From the NCBI RefSeq assembly GCF_020745735.1, contig NW_026867509.1, positions 1,798,001 through 1,862,000 of the forward strand: a stretch of 64,000 nucleotides of DNA. The letters are read 5' to 3'. Numbering within the stretch: position 1 is the stretch's first letter; the number at the start of each line of letters is the position of its first letter. Of this stretch, positions 1-11,495 are shown piece after piece. The translations under genes were made by a program, and so were the position numbers. This DNA is from Hemiscyllium ocellatum. Lineage: Eukaryota. The notes under the pieces were generated by a model that worked only from the letters and a program-made list of their open reading frames with translations, had not been told where the DNA came from and did not search any database.

Positions 1-170
1 TCCCGATGTCAGCACGGACGTCCTGTGGGTTTTCTGGTTACCTCCCACAGTCAAAAATGGGCAGGTTAGATAAGTTAGATATACAAGGTCTGGAGGTGAC
101 GTCCTTCAGAGGCTTGACGAACAAATGGCGTGCGTCCACATGCAGGGATTATTTCTTTAGGTTGTGTAAG
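1..170 (+). mobile_element. HE1-like (V-SINE) SINE remnant, truncated by the window start
   Basis: gtgggttttctggttacctcccacagtcaaaaatgggcaggttag resembles the V-domain core seen in the fuller SINE copies at 10558 and 25290. Confidence 0.6.
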
Positions 171-199
171 TATTGACAATTTTATATGTATTTGTAACA

Positions 200-855
200 T
201 GTAAGTACCGCTGACTGGCCAGCGTTTATTACCTGACCTTCGTTGTCCTTGGTGAGAGTTGCCTCCTTGAACTGCTGCAGTTCACCTATTTTTGATTGAC
301 TGACAATGCCGAGAGAGGGAATGATCTGTTTTTGACCAAGTGACAGTGAAGGACCGTCAATATATTTCCAAATCAAGATGGTTACTGGCTTGGGTATAAT
401 ATTGAAGGTGGTGGTGTTCCCATATATCTCCTGGCAATTGGCTTTCCAGATGGAAGGTTTCATGCATATGGAAGGTTGCGTCTGAGGATCACTGGTAACC
501 TTCTGCATTGCATCTTGTAGTTGGTATACACTGAGCCACGGTGGTTGAGGAAGTGAATGTTCATGGATGTAGTGTCACTTCAGCCTACCTGCTTTCCCCT
601 CGATGAGAAAGTTCCTTGGGCATTGTTCGGACTGCACTCATCTGGGAAAGTAGACAGTACTCTGTCACACCCCTGATTCTGTCATGCATATTCTGGCAGG
701 CTTTATGCCGTCAGGACAGACATTACTGGCGGCAGTGCTCCTCGTCTCCGAACTGCTCTTGTAGCCATTATGTTTATGCGTTGGGTACAGTTGAGGTTTT
801 GGTCATTAAAACCTCAAGGATGTTGACCGTCGGAAATTCAGTGAGGCTAACACCA
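200..855 (-). mobile_element. Decayed LINE (CR1/L2 group) 3' portion
   Basis: Matches a common shark LINE 3' region (ctggccagcgtttatt...gaactgctgcag...gacagtgaaggaccg...ggtggtggtgttcccat). Shorter copies occur at about 2860-3060 and 19170-19420. Confidence 0.6.
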
Positions 856-1216
856 TGTTTCTTTCAAATTTTCTTCAATTGTGATTTACCTTGATCGTTA
901 GCCTCTGTGCATCATGCTTGTTATTTGATACTTTCTCCCATTTCATCTTCAACAGTGATTCACCATTCTGCACTCTGCAAGTACTATTACTGCATCCTTC
1001 CACTTTCCATTTTCCCCATTAATGTTTATGATTTCCAGATATACCCTTCCTTCACCTCTATCTCCATAACCAATTGTCATTACATCTGACTAAATGTTGT
1101 TGCTCCATACTTTCTAGTGTAATTTGCATTCATTTGCCTTATGTCTGATTATGAATCACACCATCAGTAATACTCATTCTTTAAACCCAGCATAACAGAA
1201 CTCCCGACCCCATGCA

Positions 1217-1255
1217 AGTTTTAGTACAGACTCACCCAGTGTTTGTGACACTGTG
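1217..1255 (-). other. 23-bp-spacer recombination signal sequence
   Basis: CACAGTG (1255-1249), 23-nt spacer, ACTAAAACT (1225-1217). Confidence 0.92.
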
Positions 1256-1592
1256 TCCTCATTGCACAGAGGAAGGTGGCGGTGTCATTAAGTCTGGCGT
1301 CTTTAACAGTCAGAATACTGACTTTATTCACTGTACTGATTGAAGCAGTGATCCTCTCAGATGGATTATCTTCTCTTTTGGCCATCACCAGATGCTGGGG
1401 TGGATGATTCGGGAGCTGAATGTACCAACGCACTGTGCTAATTGCACTGGCAAACGAGCAATTCATGGACACAATTCCCAATTCAGTTACGACCATCCAG
1501 GTAGGAAGTTGCTTCACTTCACTTTCTCCAGTCACCTCCTTGGAGATCAGAGTAGAAAACAGCAGGACGACACCGCAAATTTGGAACATCAT
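1256..1592 (-). CDS. TCR alpha/delta-type V segment, leader and V in one exon, potentially functional
   Basis: Uninterrupted frame: MMFQICGVVLLFSTLISKEVTG (signal peptide) then ESEVKQ...VSMNC...VRWYIQLP...DTATFLCAMR. Cys23, Trp41 and Cys104 are all present and a 23-RSS follows directly. Confidence 0.9.
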
Positions 1593-1663
1593 CAGATTGC
1601 AAGATAGGTGATGAAAGTAATTAACCATGGAGCTTCCTTGAGGAACTGTAGTTAATTATTACA

Positions 1664-1669
1664 TTTATA
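1664..1669 (-). promoter_or_regulatory. TATA box candidate of the single-exon V gene
   Basis: TATAAA 36 nt upstream of the first in-frame ATG (1628). The paralog has a similarly placed TATAAATAAAA near 37140. Confidence 0.45.
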
Positions 1670-1850
1670 CAAGTATCTATCTAGAGCAATGCACGGTTCA
1701 CGTCTAACTCACGCTTAACCTGTTGGAGCTGCTGAAAAAACTGAATCTGTGTTTGTTTCTGAATCGAGCCTCTCACACTGACAGTCGTTCACATTGTCTG
1801 GAAGTACACGCCTACACCGGCCCTCATCTTCGATATTTAGCATGGATTCA

Positions 1851-1868
1851 CACTGACATCTAGTGGTG
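1851..1868 (-). promoter_or_regulatory. CTCF-like motif upstream of the V gene
   Basis: Minus strand CACCACTAGATGTCAGTG, one mismatch from the CCACTAGATGGCAG form of the CTCF core. Confidence 0.5.
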
Positions 1869-3199
1869 TTGATAAGTAATTGCATAGTTCAAATTCTCAC
1901 ACCAGTTCCGGTTCAATGGATCAACTCAAAATAACAGACATGGTCTCCTTCACCGCATCACACAGTGAACAGGTGAGCCCCTGCATTTCAAATTCATGTG
2001 AATCATCCACCGATTTCAGACTATGTTCCTCCTGCATTGTAACTAAGTCTTAATTCCACAACGGAATTTCCAATGAGTAAATCTAAAGTTGTTGCTACTG
2101 GACTTACTGATGCGATCCATTGTAAAAGAAATTAGTGAACTTTACTGTGTCTCATTGTACTCGGAACCGTTGCTTTTACATCAGATGCCCTGCAGTGTAT
2201 CAGATATATGGCTAGTCGCCACGCTGTCAAGCACTATTCGTGGTAGATGTTAGCATTGCCAGCAGCGCCCACACAAGGTAACCAATTGTTCTAAAGGAAA
2301 AGGAAAAGAATTGGGGCAAAGTCTCCCACATTTGAATGGGAATGGTGAAAGAGCACAGATACATGTCATCGGACCAAACAAATCTTGATTGACGTGAATG
2401 TATCACAGATAACGCAAAAGTAAACAAGTTGACAAGTCGCCTTGATAATTCAAACAGCCCGCAATAAGGCCACGTTACAGACTCCTTCTCTAAGTATGAC
2501 TGCACCTTACCCTGGCAAGATGTCGATGAAATTTACATTGCCAAGAAATAAGCAATTTCTGAGTGGGGCAATATCAATTCTAAGGAAGCATTCTTGTCAT
2601 GTTCTGACTGTGGCTCAGTAGTGTGAAGTTTACAAATTTTCCCTCTGTATATCTGTAAGTGATTTAGAATTCTCACACACGCCAGAAATGGATCAGACAG
2701 GAAAATGAACAATAGGAGATGCGGAGTTAGGCTAGATCTGGGTGTGATGTACAACCGAGATTAGATGGGCAGAATGCCCTGCTGCCAAACTGTGAGGACT
2801 CTCTTCTTAGATTGTATAACTATTTGTAGTTTTACTTATTTATTTATTTGTGAACCATGGGCATCGCTGACAGGTCAGCCTTCATTGCCCATTCCTAGTT
2901 GCCATTGAGAGAGTGGTGATCAGCTGTCTTCTTCAACCGCTGCAGTCCACCTGCTGTGGGTTGACCCACAATGCCACAGCGGGAAATCCATGATTTTCTC
3001 CAAGATCCATCGACAGTGAAAGAACAGCGATATATTTTTCATGTAAGCTGGTGTCACAAAGATGGTCCTTTTTCTCTTCGCTCTTCCTTTTCTCTAGTTT
3101 ACTGTGTCCTTGTATTTATTTTCAGAAGGACTGTAAAACAGGGCTCTGAGTCGATTGGTTTTTTACAGAGATGAAAATGGAATTGCGGGCATTTTTGTT

Positions 3200-5995
3200 T
3201 GTACGTAAACAGATGAGACTTTAGGCCAAAGATTTTATGTTTTAGAAGTAACCTACAATGAAAGGGTAATGGTCAGTTCTGAAAGCTGAATTATTTTTGA
3301 TAGACAGTTCAGAAGCAGTCGATTGTTTGGCTTTGGGCAGTTGCAGGATATTCTGGAGGCGGACGGAAAACAGTCAGTCGTCATGGTGCGCCTTGGTATG
3401 AACAATATAGGAAAAATGAACGAGGATGAGATCCCAAAATCACAATGTACAGAACTAGGAAAAAAGCTGAAATACAGTACCTTGAAGGTACTTATCTCAG
3501 GATTACTACAAGTGTCATGACCCGGTCAGAATCGAAAAGCAGGATGTATAGGATGAGCACTGGTTGACACGAAGGTGTAAGCAGGAAGGTATCAGATTCG
3601 CTGGGCATTGGGGGCGTTTCAGGGGGATTTGGGACTGTACAAACTAAACTGGTGACACTTGGGCAGAACCAGGACTGATGTCCTTGGGGGAGTACTAGGT
3701 CAGATTAATTGAGGAGGGGTTAAACTCGTATGACGAGGAAGTAGGTACCAGAGGAGTAGAGTAGCAGATGGACAAAATAAGGGAGATGGGGAAACCATGG
3801 CAAATGTGACTAAGATCAAGAACAGGTAAGGCAACGCTGCTGAAAAGAGCTGGGGAGGCGGTCTGAAATCCATATGTTTCAATGTGAGAAGTATAAGCGT
3901 AAGGAATAGGCCTGTCAAAGACAGAGGTGGGAATTTGTCTGCGGACTCTGTGGAGGTCAGAGTGGTACTATAAGAACATTTCTCATCTGTTTTCAATCAG
4001 AACTGGGAGAATACTATCGAGGAGAAGACGGAGATAGGGGCTGGGCCTGAAGATATTTCTCTGAGAATTCATTGTCTACACGTTTATTATCAGCTGACTG
4101 GAAGATTGCAAATGTTTTGCACTTTCTCAAGAAGGGTAATAGACATGTCATAGGCCAGAGAGCCTTATGTCTGCTGTAAGGAAAGGTTTGGAAAGGAGTA
4201 TTAGAGTTAGGATTTATAAATATCTGACAAGCAACAATTTGCCTGGAAATAGTAAAAACGTACCCATCAAGGGCAAGTCGTGTCTTACACAACTCAGAGA
4301 ATTTTTTTAAGGAGGTGACCAAGTATGTGGATGATGGTAGGGCAGTTGGCATACTGTACATGGACTTCAGTAAAGCCTGTAATAAGTTTCCACATGATAG
4401 GCTATTGGAGAAAATGCGGTGGCATGGGAAGGAAGGTGATTTAGCAGTTTGGATTGGAATCTGGCTTTCTGTAAGAAGGCAACGAGTGTTGGTTAATGGA
4501 AAATGTTCAGCTTGGAGTCCGGTGACATACTAGTGGTATTCCACAAGGACCTGTTTTGGACCATTTTATAAACGAATTGAACACAGGCACAGGTGGGTGA
4601 GTTAGTAAGTTTGCAGATGATACTAAAGTCAGTGGAGTGGTGGGTAGTGTGGAAGAATGTTGCAGGTTGCAAGGAGACTTGGATCAACTAAGAATTGGGC
4701 TGTAAGGTGACAAATGGTGCTCAAAGCAGACAAATGTGACGCCACTCACTTTGGGAAGAATAACAGGAAGACAGAATAGTGGGTCATGGAAAGATTCTTG
4801 GTCGTGTGGAAGTCAAAATGGTTTAAAAAAACAAGGGTATTGACGGCATGAAAAAGTAGTAAGGTAGATAGGTCCTCAGGACCTGATGGGATTTCTCTCA
4901 GAATATTCAAGGAGGAAAATGAATAACATGCTGGTGCATTAAAAGACATCCTTGTACGCTATTTGGATACAGGTATGATCCCAGAGGACTGCAGACTAGA
5001 CAATGTTGTCCCATTGTTTAAACATAGTAGCAGGGATAATTCACGAAATCACAGGCTTGAGAGTCTCACATCAGTGGCAGGAAAAGTATTGGAAAGCATT
5101 TTCAGGTTCATGGTCTTTGCGTATTCATGAGCAATTGGACTTAATGGTGATACCTAACACGTCTTTGTGCAGTGGAGGTTGTGCCTCACGAAATCATATG
5201 AAATTTTTGAGAAAGTAATGAAGATGACTAATGAGAGAAATGCAGTGGATGTTGTCTACTTGGACTAAAGTAAAGCTTTTCACAAGTTCCCTCATGGCAG
5301 GCTGGTGCAAAAGGTGAAGTCATATTGCATTCAGGTGAGTTGGCAAGGTGGATGCAGAGGCTTAGTCATAGGTAACACAGGGTCGCGGCAGAATAATGCC
5401 TTTCAGAATAGAGACTTGTGGCTAGTGGGTTTGCACATGGATTAGTGCTCTGGCCTCTGCTGATCGCGATCTGCATAAATGACTTGGACGAAAACGTGGC
5501 TAGTCTTACAAGCACGTTTAAGGACAATACAAAGACAAGTGGAGTTGTGGATAGTGAAGAAGGCTATCATAGAACACAGAAGGGTATAAGTCATTTGGAG
5601 GCATGGACAGGAAAAAGGCAGATTGAGTTTTATTTGAACAGCTGTAAAGTTATGAATTTGAAAGATCAATACAAGTGGAAATTAAAAAAGTAAATGGCAG
5701 AACCTGTAGGAATCTTGGTAAACTGAGGGATCTGGATGTCAGGTCCACACATCACTGAAGGCGGTAGTGCGGATAGATAAGGGAGCAAAATAAAGTTCTA
5801 TGGCATGCTTGTCTTCATTGGATGTGGTATTGAATATAAAGGATAGAAAGATATGCTGCACTGTTATGGAATCTCAGTAAGGCCACACCTGAAATCTTGA
5901 TAAAGTTTTGATGACCACATTACCAGAAAAATGAGGCCGCAGTGGACAGGTTGTGGAAAACGTTTACAATGATGTTGCCCGGTAAGGGGAAATTT
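3200..5995 (+). mobile_element. CR1 LINE remnants (ORF1 esterase-like part and at least two ORF2 fragments)
   Basis: VVMVRLGMNNIG...LKVLISGLL (CR1 ORF1 SGNH/esterase-like); LKSICFNVRSI (endonuclease start); AVGILYMDFSKACNKFPHDRLLEK and SKFADDTKVSG (RT); many stops and frameshifts. Confidence 0.9.
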
Positions 5996-5999
5996 TAAC

Positions 6000-6567
6000 T
6001 ACAAAGCATATTAGTGCACATACAAGCTCTGGCCAGAACTTCGTCCTGAGAGAGATAGAAGTTGGGCAAAGCGGAGATCCTCCATTACTAATTCAAGAGT
6101 ACAGAGTACTGGCAAGCGTTTACCACAGGATAAGAAGAAAGCTCATGAGAGTGGAAAGGAGGTGAAAGGCCTCAGGTGTTTCCATTGTGGTAAAGTGGGA
6201 CACCTAAAGACACAACGTCATTAAAGAAAGGCGTTGTGAGAAAAATGTCGTAATATAAGCTAAGCCAGTGGCATTAGTCAAGGAAGTAAAAGAGGCTCAA
6301 AGAAGAGCTGAGCAGCTACAGGAGAGTGTGCAATCTAGATGGGGCTGGGTATGGAGGTAGTACCTCATCTCTCCAAATAATATGCCTCTGTGTTCAGGCT
6401 TACGCAGAAATAACAGGGGGAGAAGGACAACAAGTTAGAATTACGATAATTATAGGGTCTAACCAGTCGCTGATAGTAAGGAATGAGCGAATGTGCACTT
6501 TTTTATGCTCTGTTCCCTGACAATGTGTTAATTTGTGGGATAGATGGAGAGAAATGTAGCATTACCC
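6000..6567 (+). mobile_element. Gypsy-type LTR retrotransposon gag/protease fragment, cut by the assembly gap
   Basis: KGLRCFHCGKVGHLKT (CCHC zinc knuckle) followed by GEGQQVRITIIIGSNQSLIVRN (degenerate aspartic protease region). Confidence 0.7.
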
Positions 6568-7067
6568 NNNNNNNNNNNNNNNNNNNNNNNNNNNNNNNNN
6601 NNNNNNNNNNNNNNNNNNNNNNNNNNNNNNNNNNNNNNNNNNNNNNNNNNNNNNNNNNNNNNNNNNNNNNNNNNNNNNNNNNNNNNNNNNNNNNNNNNNN
6701 NNNNNNNNNNNNNNNNNNNNNNNNNNNNNNNNNNNNNNNNNNNNNNNNNNNNNNNNNNNNNNNNNNNNNNNNNNNNNNNNNNNNNNNNNNNNNNNNNNNN
6801 NNNNNNNNNNNNNNNNNNNNNNNNNNNNNNNNNNNNNNNNNNNNNNNNNNNNNNNNNNNNNNNNNNNNNNNNNNNNNNNNNNNNNNNNNNNNNNNNNNNN
6901 NNNNNNNNNNNNNNNNNNNNNNNNNNNNNNNNNNNNNNNNNNNNNNNNNNNNNNNNNNNNNNNNNNNNNNNNNNNNNNNNNNNNNNNNNNNNNNNNNNNN
7001 NNNNNNNNNNNNNNNNNNNNNNNNNNNNNNNNNNNNNNNNNNNNNNNNNNNNNNNNNNNNNNNNNNN
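6568..7067. other. Assembly gap (500 N)
   Basis: Run of N. Confidence 1.
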
Positions 7068-7121
7068 CAGTGAGAATGGGATACAAAATGGCAAAGACTG
7101 GGCAATCGCTGCACTGTGCAT
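7068..7121 (-). pseudogene. Orphan, frameshifted exon 1 of a GPR139-like gene (duplicate of 45336-45405), cut by the gap
   Basis: ATG CAC AGT GCA GCG ATT G-C CCA GTC TTT GCC ATT TTG TAT CCC ATT CTC ACT G has a 1-nt deletion relative to the 45.4 kb copy. Confidence 0.75.
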
Positions 7122-7589
7122 TGTCCTTTTGGAAATAATTGAATTCCTGAGGCTCTGTTGCCTTTGCTCTGTCACACTTCCAAAGCTTTCCTCATTTGCT
7201 TCTGCTGAGAGTCTCCAGAGGAACGACTAAATTAGAACGTGAACTACTCACACTTCACTGAAGAAACAGATGATGTAACAGTTACCTGATTTCTATTTGT
7301 AATATTAACGAATTAGACGAATCGAGTATTCATGTGGTTGAACAGCTGGTTCTGTACTATATGATGCCCCCATCCACGAACGAATCCTTTTTTTTTTCAA
7401 CATCGATTAGAGCGGCTGATAGCAAGCACTGAACTAAATTACAAGTCCTCCATTATTTCCTGCCTTCATGTGTTCAGAGCAGTTCATTTATCTTTGCTTC
7501 ATCCCTTTGTTTTTTTTATTGCTTTCATTTCATCGACATTTAGGGGGAGCCTTTCATCATACTGAATTAGCAATCCATTGTCGCAGACT

Positions 7590-10435
7590 AACCCTTGCCT
7601 CCTCAACATAGTATAAGTCAGGAACAGTAAAGGAGCAGTCACTTTCTTGGGAGTTTTCTATAGGCCATTCAATCGCTACAGAGACACTGAGGTGCAGATT
7701 AGGAGGCGGATTTTGGAAAGTTGTGGAAGTACCAGGCTTGTTGCCCTGGATGACTTTACCTTACCGAATGCTGATTAGTTAATTCAAATAGTTTGGGTGA
7801 AGCAGTTTTCGTTTATCAGCCGTGTTCAGAAAGGTTCCTGCCTCAGCATATAGATAGACTGACCAGCGTGGATGCCGTTTTATATCAACTTGTGCTTGGC
7901 AACGAATCATACCAGCTGACAGAGCGTTTGAGCGATAGTAATCATAACTCCCTCACCTTTCAATGTTCATGGAAATGTACGGGACGAGAAGTACGGGAAA
8001 GTATTTAGTTGGGGAAGGGGAGATTAGAATATTATTCAGCAGGAACTAGGTCGCCTAAATTGGGACAGATGTTCTCAGAGAAACGCATGACAGAAATGGA
8101 GAGATTGTTTATGGCGCAATTGCTGATAGCTGTTGATAGTTTCTCCCAAGCATGCAAGGAAGGATTGACAAGTTGGAAAAACCTTGCGTGAAAAAATGTG
8201 CAACATCTAGCCATGAAGAAGAGAAAGCTAATTTACTGTTGAGGAGGCAAGAATCAGATAGGGCTCGAGAAGGTTGTAAGGTGGTCAGGAAGGAATTGAA
8301 ACAATGAACTGTGGAGAGCTAGAAAAGGGCATGGAAAAACTTTCACAGATAGGATGAAGGAAACACAAAGGCATTTGACAATTTTCCGAGGAACACGATG
8401 ATGACCAGTGTGAGGGTAGGGCCAATCAGGGATAATGAGGGTTAGGGAACTGTGCCTGGAGTCGGAGGAGGTAGGGAAGGCACTTTATAAGTGTACTTTG
8501 CCTCAAAGTCACTGCTGGAAGGAACATTGACGTTTCTGAGGACGGCGTGAAACAAACTGATTTGAGCGAACATGTTAGTGTTAAGACAAAGAATGTGATA
8601 AGATTTTGGAATTCATGAGGATGGATAATTCCTCTGGGCCAGAAAGGATATACTTTATGTTTCTATAGGACACGAGGGAAAAGATTTCTGTATCTTTGCT
8701 GATGATCTTTGCAATCTTAGGGTACAATGGAGTAATTCTCGATGATTGGAGGGTGGCAAATATTGTTCTCTTAAAGAAATGGAATTGAGATAATCGTGAG
8801 AATTCTGGAGCAGTCAGTCACACGTCTGAGGCGGGGAAGGCATTGAGAGAAAGGATCCATCATTACATGGAAAACCCTAGTTTGAGTAAAGTTAGTCATC
8901 ATGGTCTTATGTGGGGCACGTCATGCTACACATTCTTGAGTTCTTTTAGCATGCAACAAAGCGTATTGATGAAGGTAGAGCATTGGATGTGATATACAAG
9001 TAATCGAGCAATGCGTTTGATAATGCTTCCCATGGTAGGCTCATTCAGAAAGTAAGGGAGTACAGGGAAATGTGGATACAGAATTGACTGCCTCATAGAA
9101 GACATACTTTGGTTGTATATGGAAGGCTTCGAGGCTCAATTTTGGCGACCTGTGGTGTTCTGCAGGGATCGTTTCTCGGAACTCTGCTCTACCTCATCTT
9201 TATACTTTCTTTACTCACTCATGGGCTGAGGACGTCACTGGATAACCGACATTTATTGCCCATTCCAGCGGGCAGTTAAGAGTCAACCAGGTAAGGATGG
9301 CAGGTAATATCCTTCCCAGAATGGCATTAGTGTACCAGATGGTTTTTTTTCCTAACAACCGACAAGGTATTGTTGACCATCTCAGCCTGTTAATTCCAGA
9401 TGTTTGTTGAATTCACCATGTGTTGTGGCTAGATTTGAATGTGGGTCTCAACAACATTATCTGGGTATCTGGACTAAGAGTACTGAGATGACACCACTAG
9501 GTCATTAACGCCCCTGCAATCACTTGGCCAAGGAAGTGGAAGCGTGTCCTAGTATGTTTGCAGATTACCCGAAGTTTGGTGCCGTGGTATATATGTGGAG
9601 AGCTGTTTGTAGTTTGCAACGTGACATTGACAGGATGCAGAACTGGGCTGATAATTGGCAGTGAAATTCAGACAGGAAAGGCGTGAAGTGATCCACTTTG
9701 GAAGGTCGAATTTGAATGAAAAATACAAGTTTTAAGGCTGGATCCTTGGCAGTGTAGAGGTAAAGGGGGGTGTTGAGGTCCAGGTCCGTACATTCTTCAA
9801 ATTCTCCACACAGTTTAATAGGGTTTTCGAGAACTAGTATGGTGTGTTTGGCTTTCATTAGCGGGGATTCTGTTTAAGAGCCACGAGGTTATGCTGCAGC
9901 TAATACAGCACTAGCGAGACCACACTTGGAACATTGTGTTCTGTTCTGATCGCCTCACTGTAGGAATGATGTAGAAACTTTTGAGAGGGTGCGGAGGAAA
10001 CATACCAGAATTCTGTGTGCACTGGAGGATGTGTCTTACGAAGAAACGTTGAAGGAGCTGGGACTTTTCTTATTGGAGCAATGAAGCATGAGATCTGACT
10101 TGGAATGAGGTGTACAAGATGATGAGAGGAATAGATAGAGTGGAAGGGCGTTGACCTTTCCGCAGTCGGTTCTGGCTATAACGAGCATAATTTTAAAGTG
10201 ATTGGTGGAACTTTTAGGGGACATGTCAGATGTAGGTTCTTTAAACAGAGAGTGTTGGGTGCATGGAATGCACTGTCAGCAGTGGTAGTGGTGGCAGATA
10301 CGTTAGGGGCATTTCAGCAACTCTGGGATCGGCTCATGGAAAATACGTTAGGCTGATCTTAGATAAGGATTAAAGTCAGGGACAACTCGAGGGCAGAACG
10401 GCCTCTACTGTGCTGTCCTATTCCATTTTCTATGT
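7590..10435 (+). mobile_element. Decayed CR1 LINE ORF2 and 3' tail, interrupted by a SINE
   Basis: Endonuclease and RT remnants (MRMDNSSGPE; KFADYPKFG...LQRDIDRMQNWA) ending in a gggcagaacggcctctactgtgctg...ctatgttc tail. Confidence 0.88.
9200..9520 (-). mobile_element. tRNA-derived SINE with Deu-domain-like core (SacSINE1-like), nested in CR1
   Basis: agttaagagtcaacc...ggtaaggatggcag...ccagatggttttt...ttaattccagatgtttgttgaattcacc; tRNA-like head at the right end; duplicated at about 47505-47830. Confidence 0.65.
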
Positions 10436-10557
10436 TCGATGTTCCATGTTCAATGTAATGCTTTAGAATTCAGAACTAACTATACATGTTATGGAAGGGT
10501 AGGCGAGGACCAGCATTTGCGTTTGAGACAAAATTGTCAAGAGCAATGGTTCAATGA

Positions 10558-10883
10558 TGGCACTGTTACCTCAGTGGAGGATCCGGTTCCGTTATTGATT
10601 CTAGCCTCGGGCGACTGTCTGTGTAGAGTTTTCACATTCTCCCTGAGTCTGCCTGAATTTCCTCCTGGTGCACTGATTTTCTCCCACAGTTCGAAAGAAA
10701 TGCAGGTTAGGAGAATTGGCTATGCTAAGTTGGCCAGAGCGTTCATGGATGTGTAGGTTAGGTGCATTATTCAGGGGCAAATATAGGGTAGGGGAAATGG
10801 ATCTCGATTAGTTGATCTTCAGGCTTGTGAACTTGTTGTGTTAAAAAGGCCTGTTTCCATGTGTAGGGATTCGATGATTCTAT
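10558..10883 (+). mobile_element. HE1-like SINE (V-SINE)
   Basis: tRNA-like head, V core (ggcgactgtctgtgtagagttttcacattctcc...ctcccacagttcgaaag) and a LINE-derived tail ending gggattcgatgattctatg. Confidence 0.85.
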
Positions 10884-11194
10884 GAATCAAAAATAAAAAA
10901 CATAGTTTCCTTAGCCTGTAACAAAGGAAATTTGCTATTCATATCTGATCAGGCTAGGAGAGCGACAAAGTCTCAGCAAATTCATTAACTCTGAACAGTG
11001 AAGTGGATTTCCTAACCGAGTCAAATGGTGTCAAGAGCAATAAATTGGCAAAAAAATACAAGTTCTCGTCAGATTCAGCAATATCAACATCCTGGGATTA
11101 GAGTTAACTGAAAACTGAACTGTGTTAGTTACATAAGGACGGTTCCACCACGAGCAGGGCAGAGACTATGTTTCCTGCAGTGAATGAACAGAAA

Positions 11195-11495
11195 GGACAT
11201 AAACAGGTTAAGCCACTTCGCCCACCGAGTCTACTCCACTATGCAATGCGATTCAGGATGATCTCATAATTCACAACTCAACATTTCTGCCTTTCCCCGT
11301 AACCCTAGTATTTCCTTACTGACTAATCCTCTTTTACCTTGAATATATTTAACTGCTCAACTTTTAGAGCTCACTGCAATAAAGTCACTACAGATACACG
11401 ATCCTGAAGAAAGAGAAAAAATCGTTCTTGACAATTTGCCTTAAAAGAAAACGCTTACTCTGTGATTACATGCTCTGGACCTCGACTGATTTGAG
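11195..11495 (-). mobile_element. CR1 LINE 3' tail remnant
   Basis: ccacttcgcccaccgagtctactcc...ccccgtaaccc...cttgaatatattta resembles the other minus-strand CR1 tails in this window. Confidence 0.6.

Noticed and set aside
1962-1968. CACAGTG upstream of the first V
   Set aside because: No nonamer at either spacer length
2150-2510. Possible Gypsy RT/RNase H relic on the minus strand
   Set aside because: Only a vague GCLNYQG resemblance; frames are inconsistent
6483-7230. Long ORFs of 174-228 aa in the ORF track
   Set aside because: Artefacts of translating the 500-N gap
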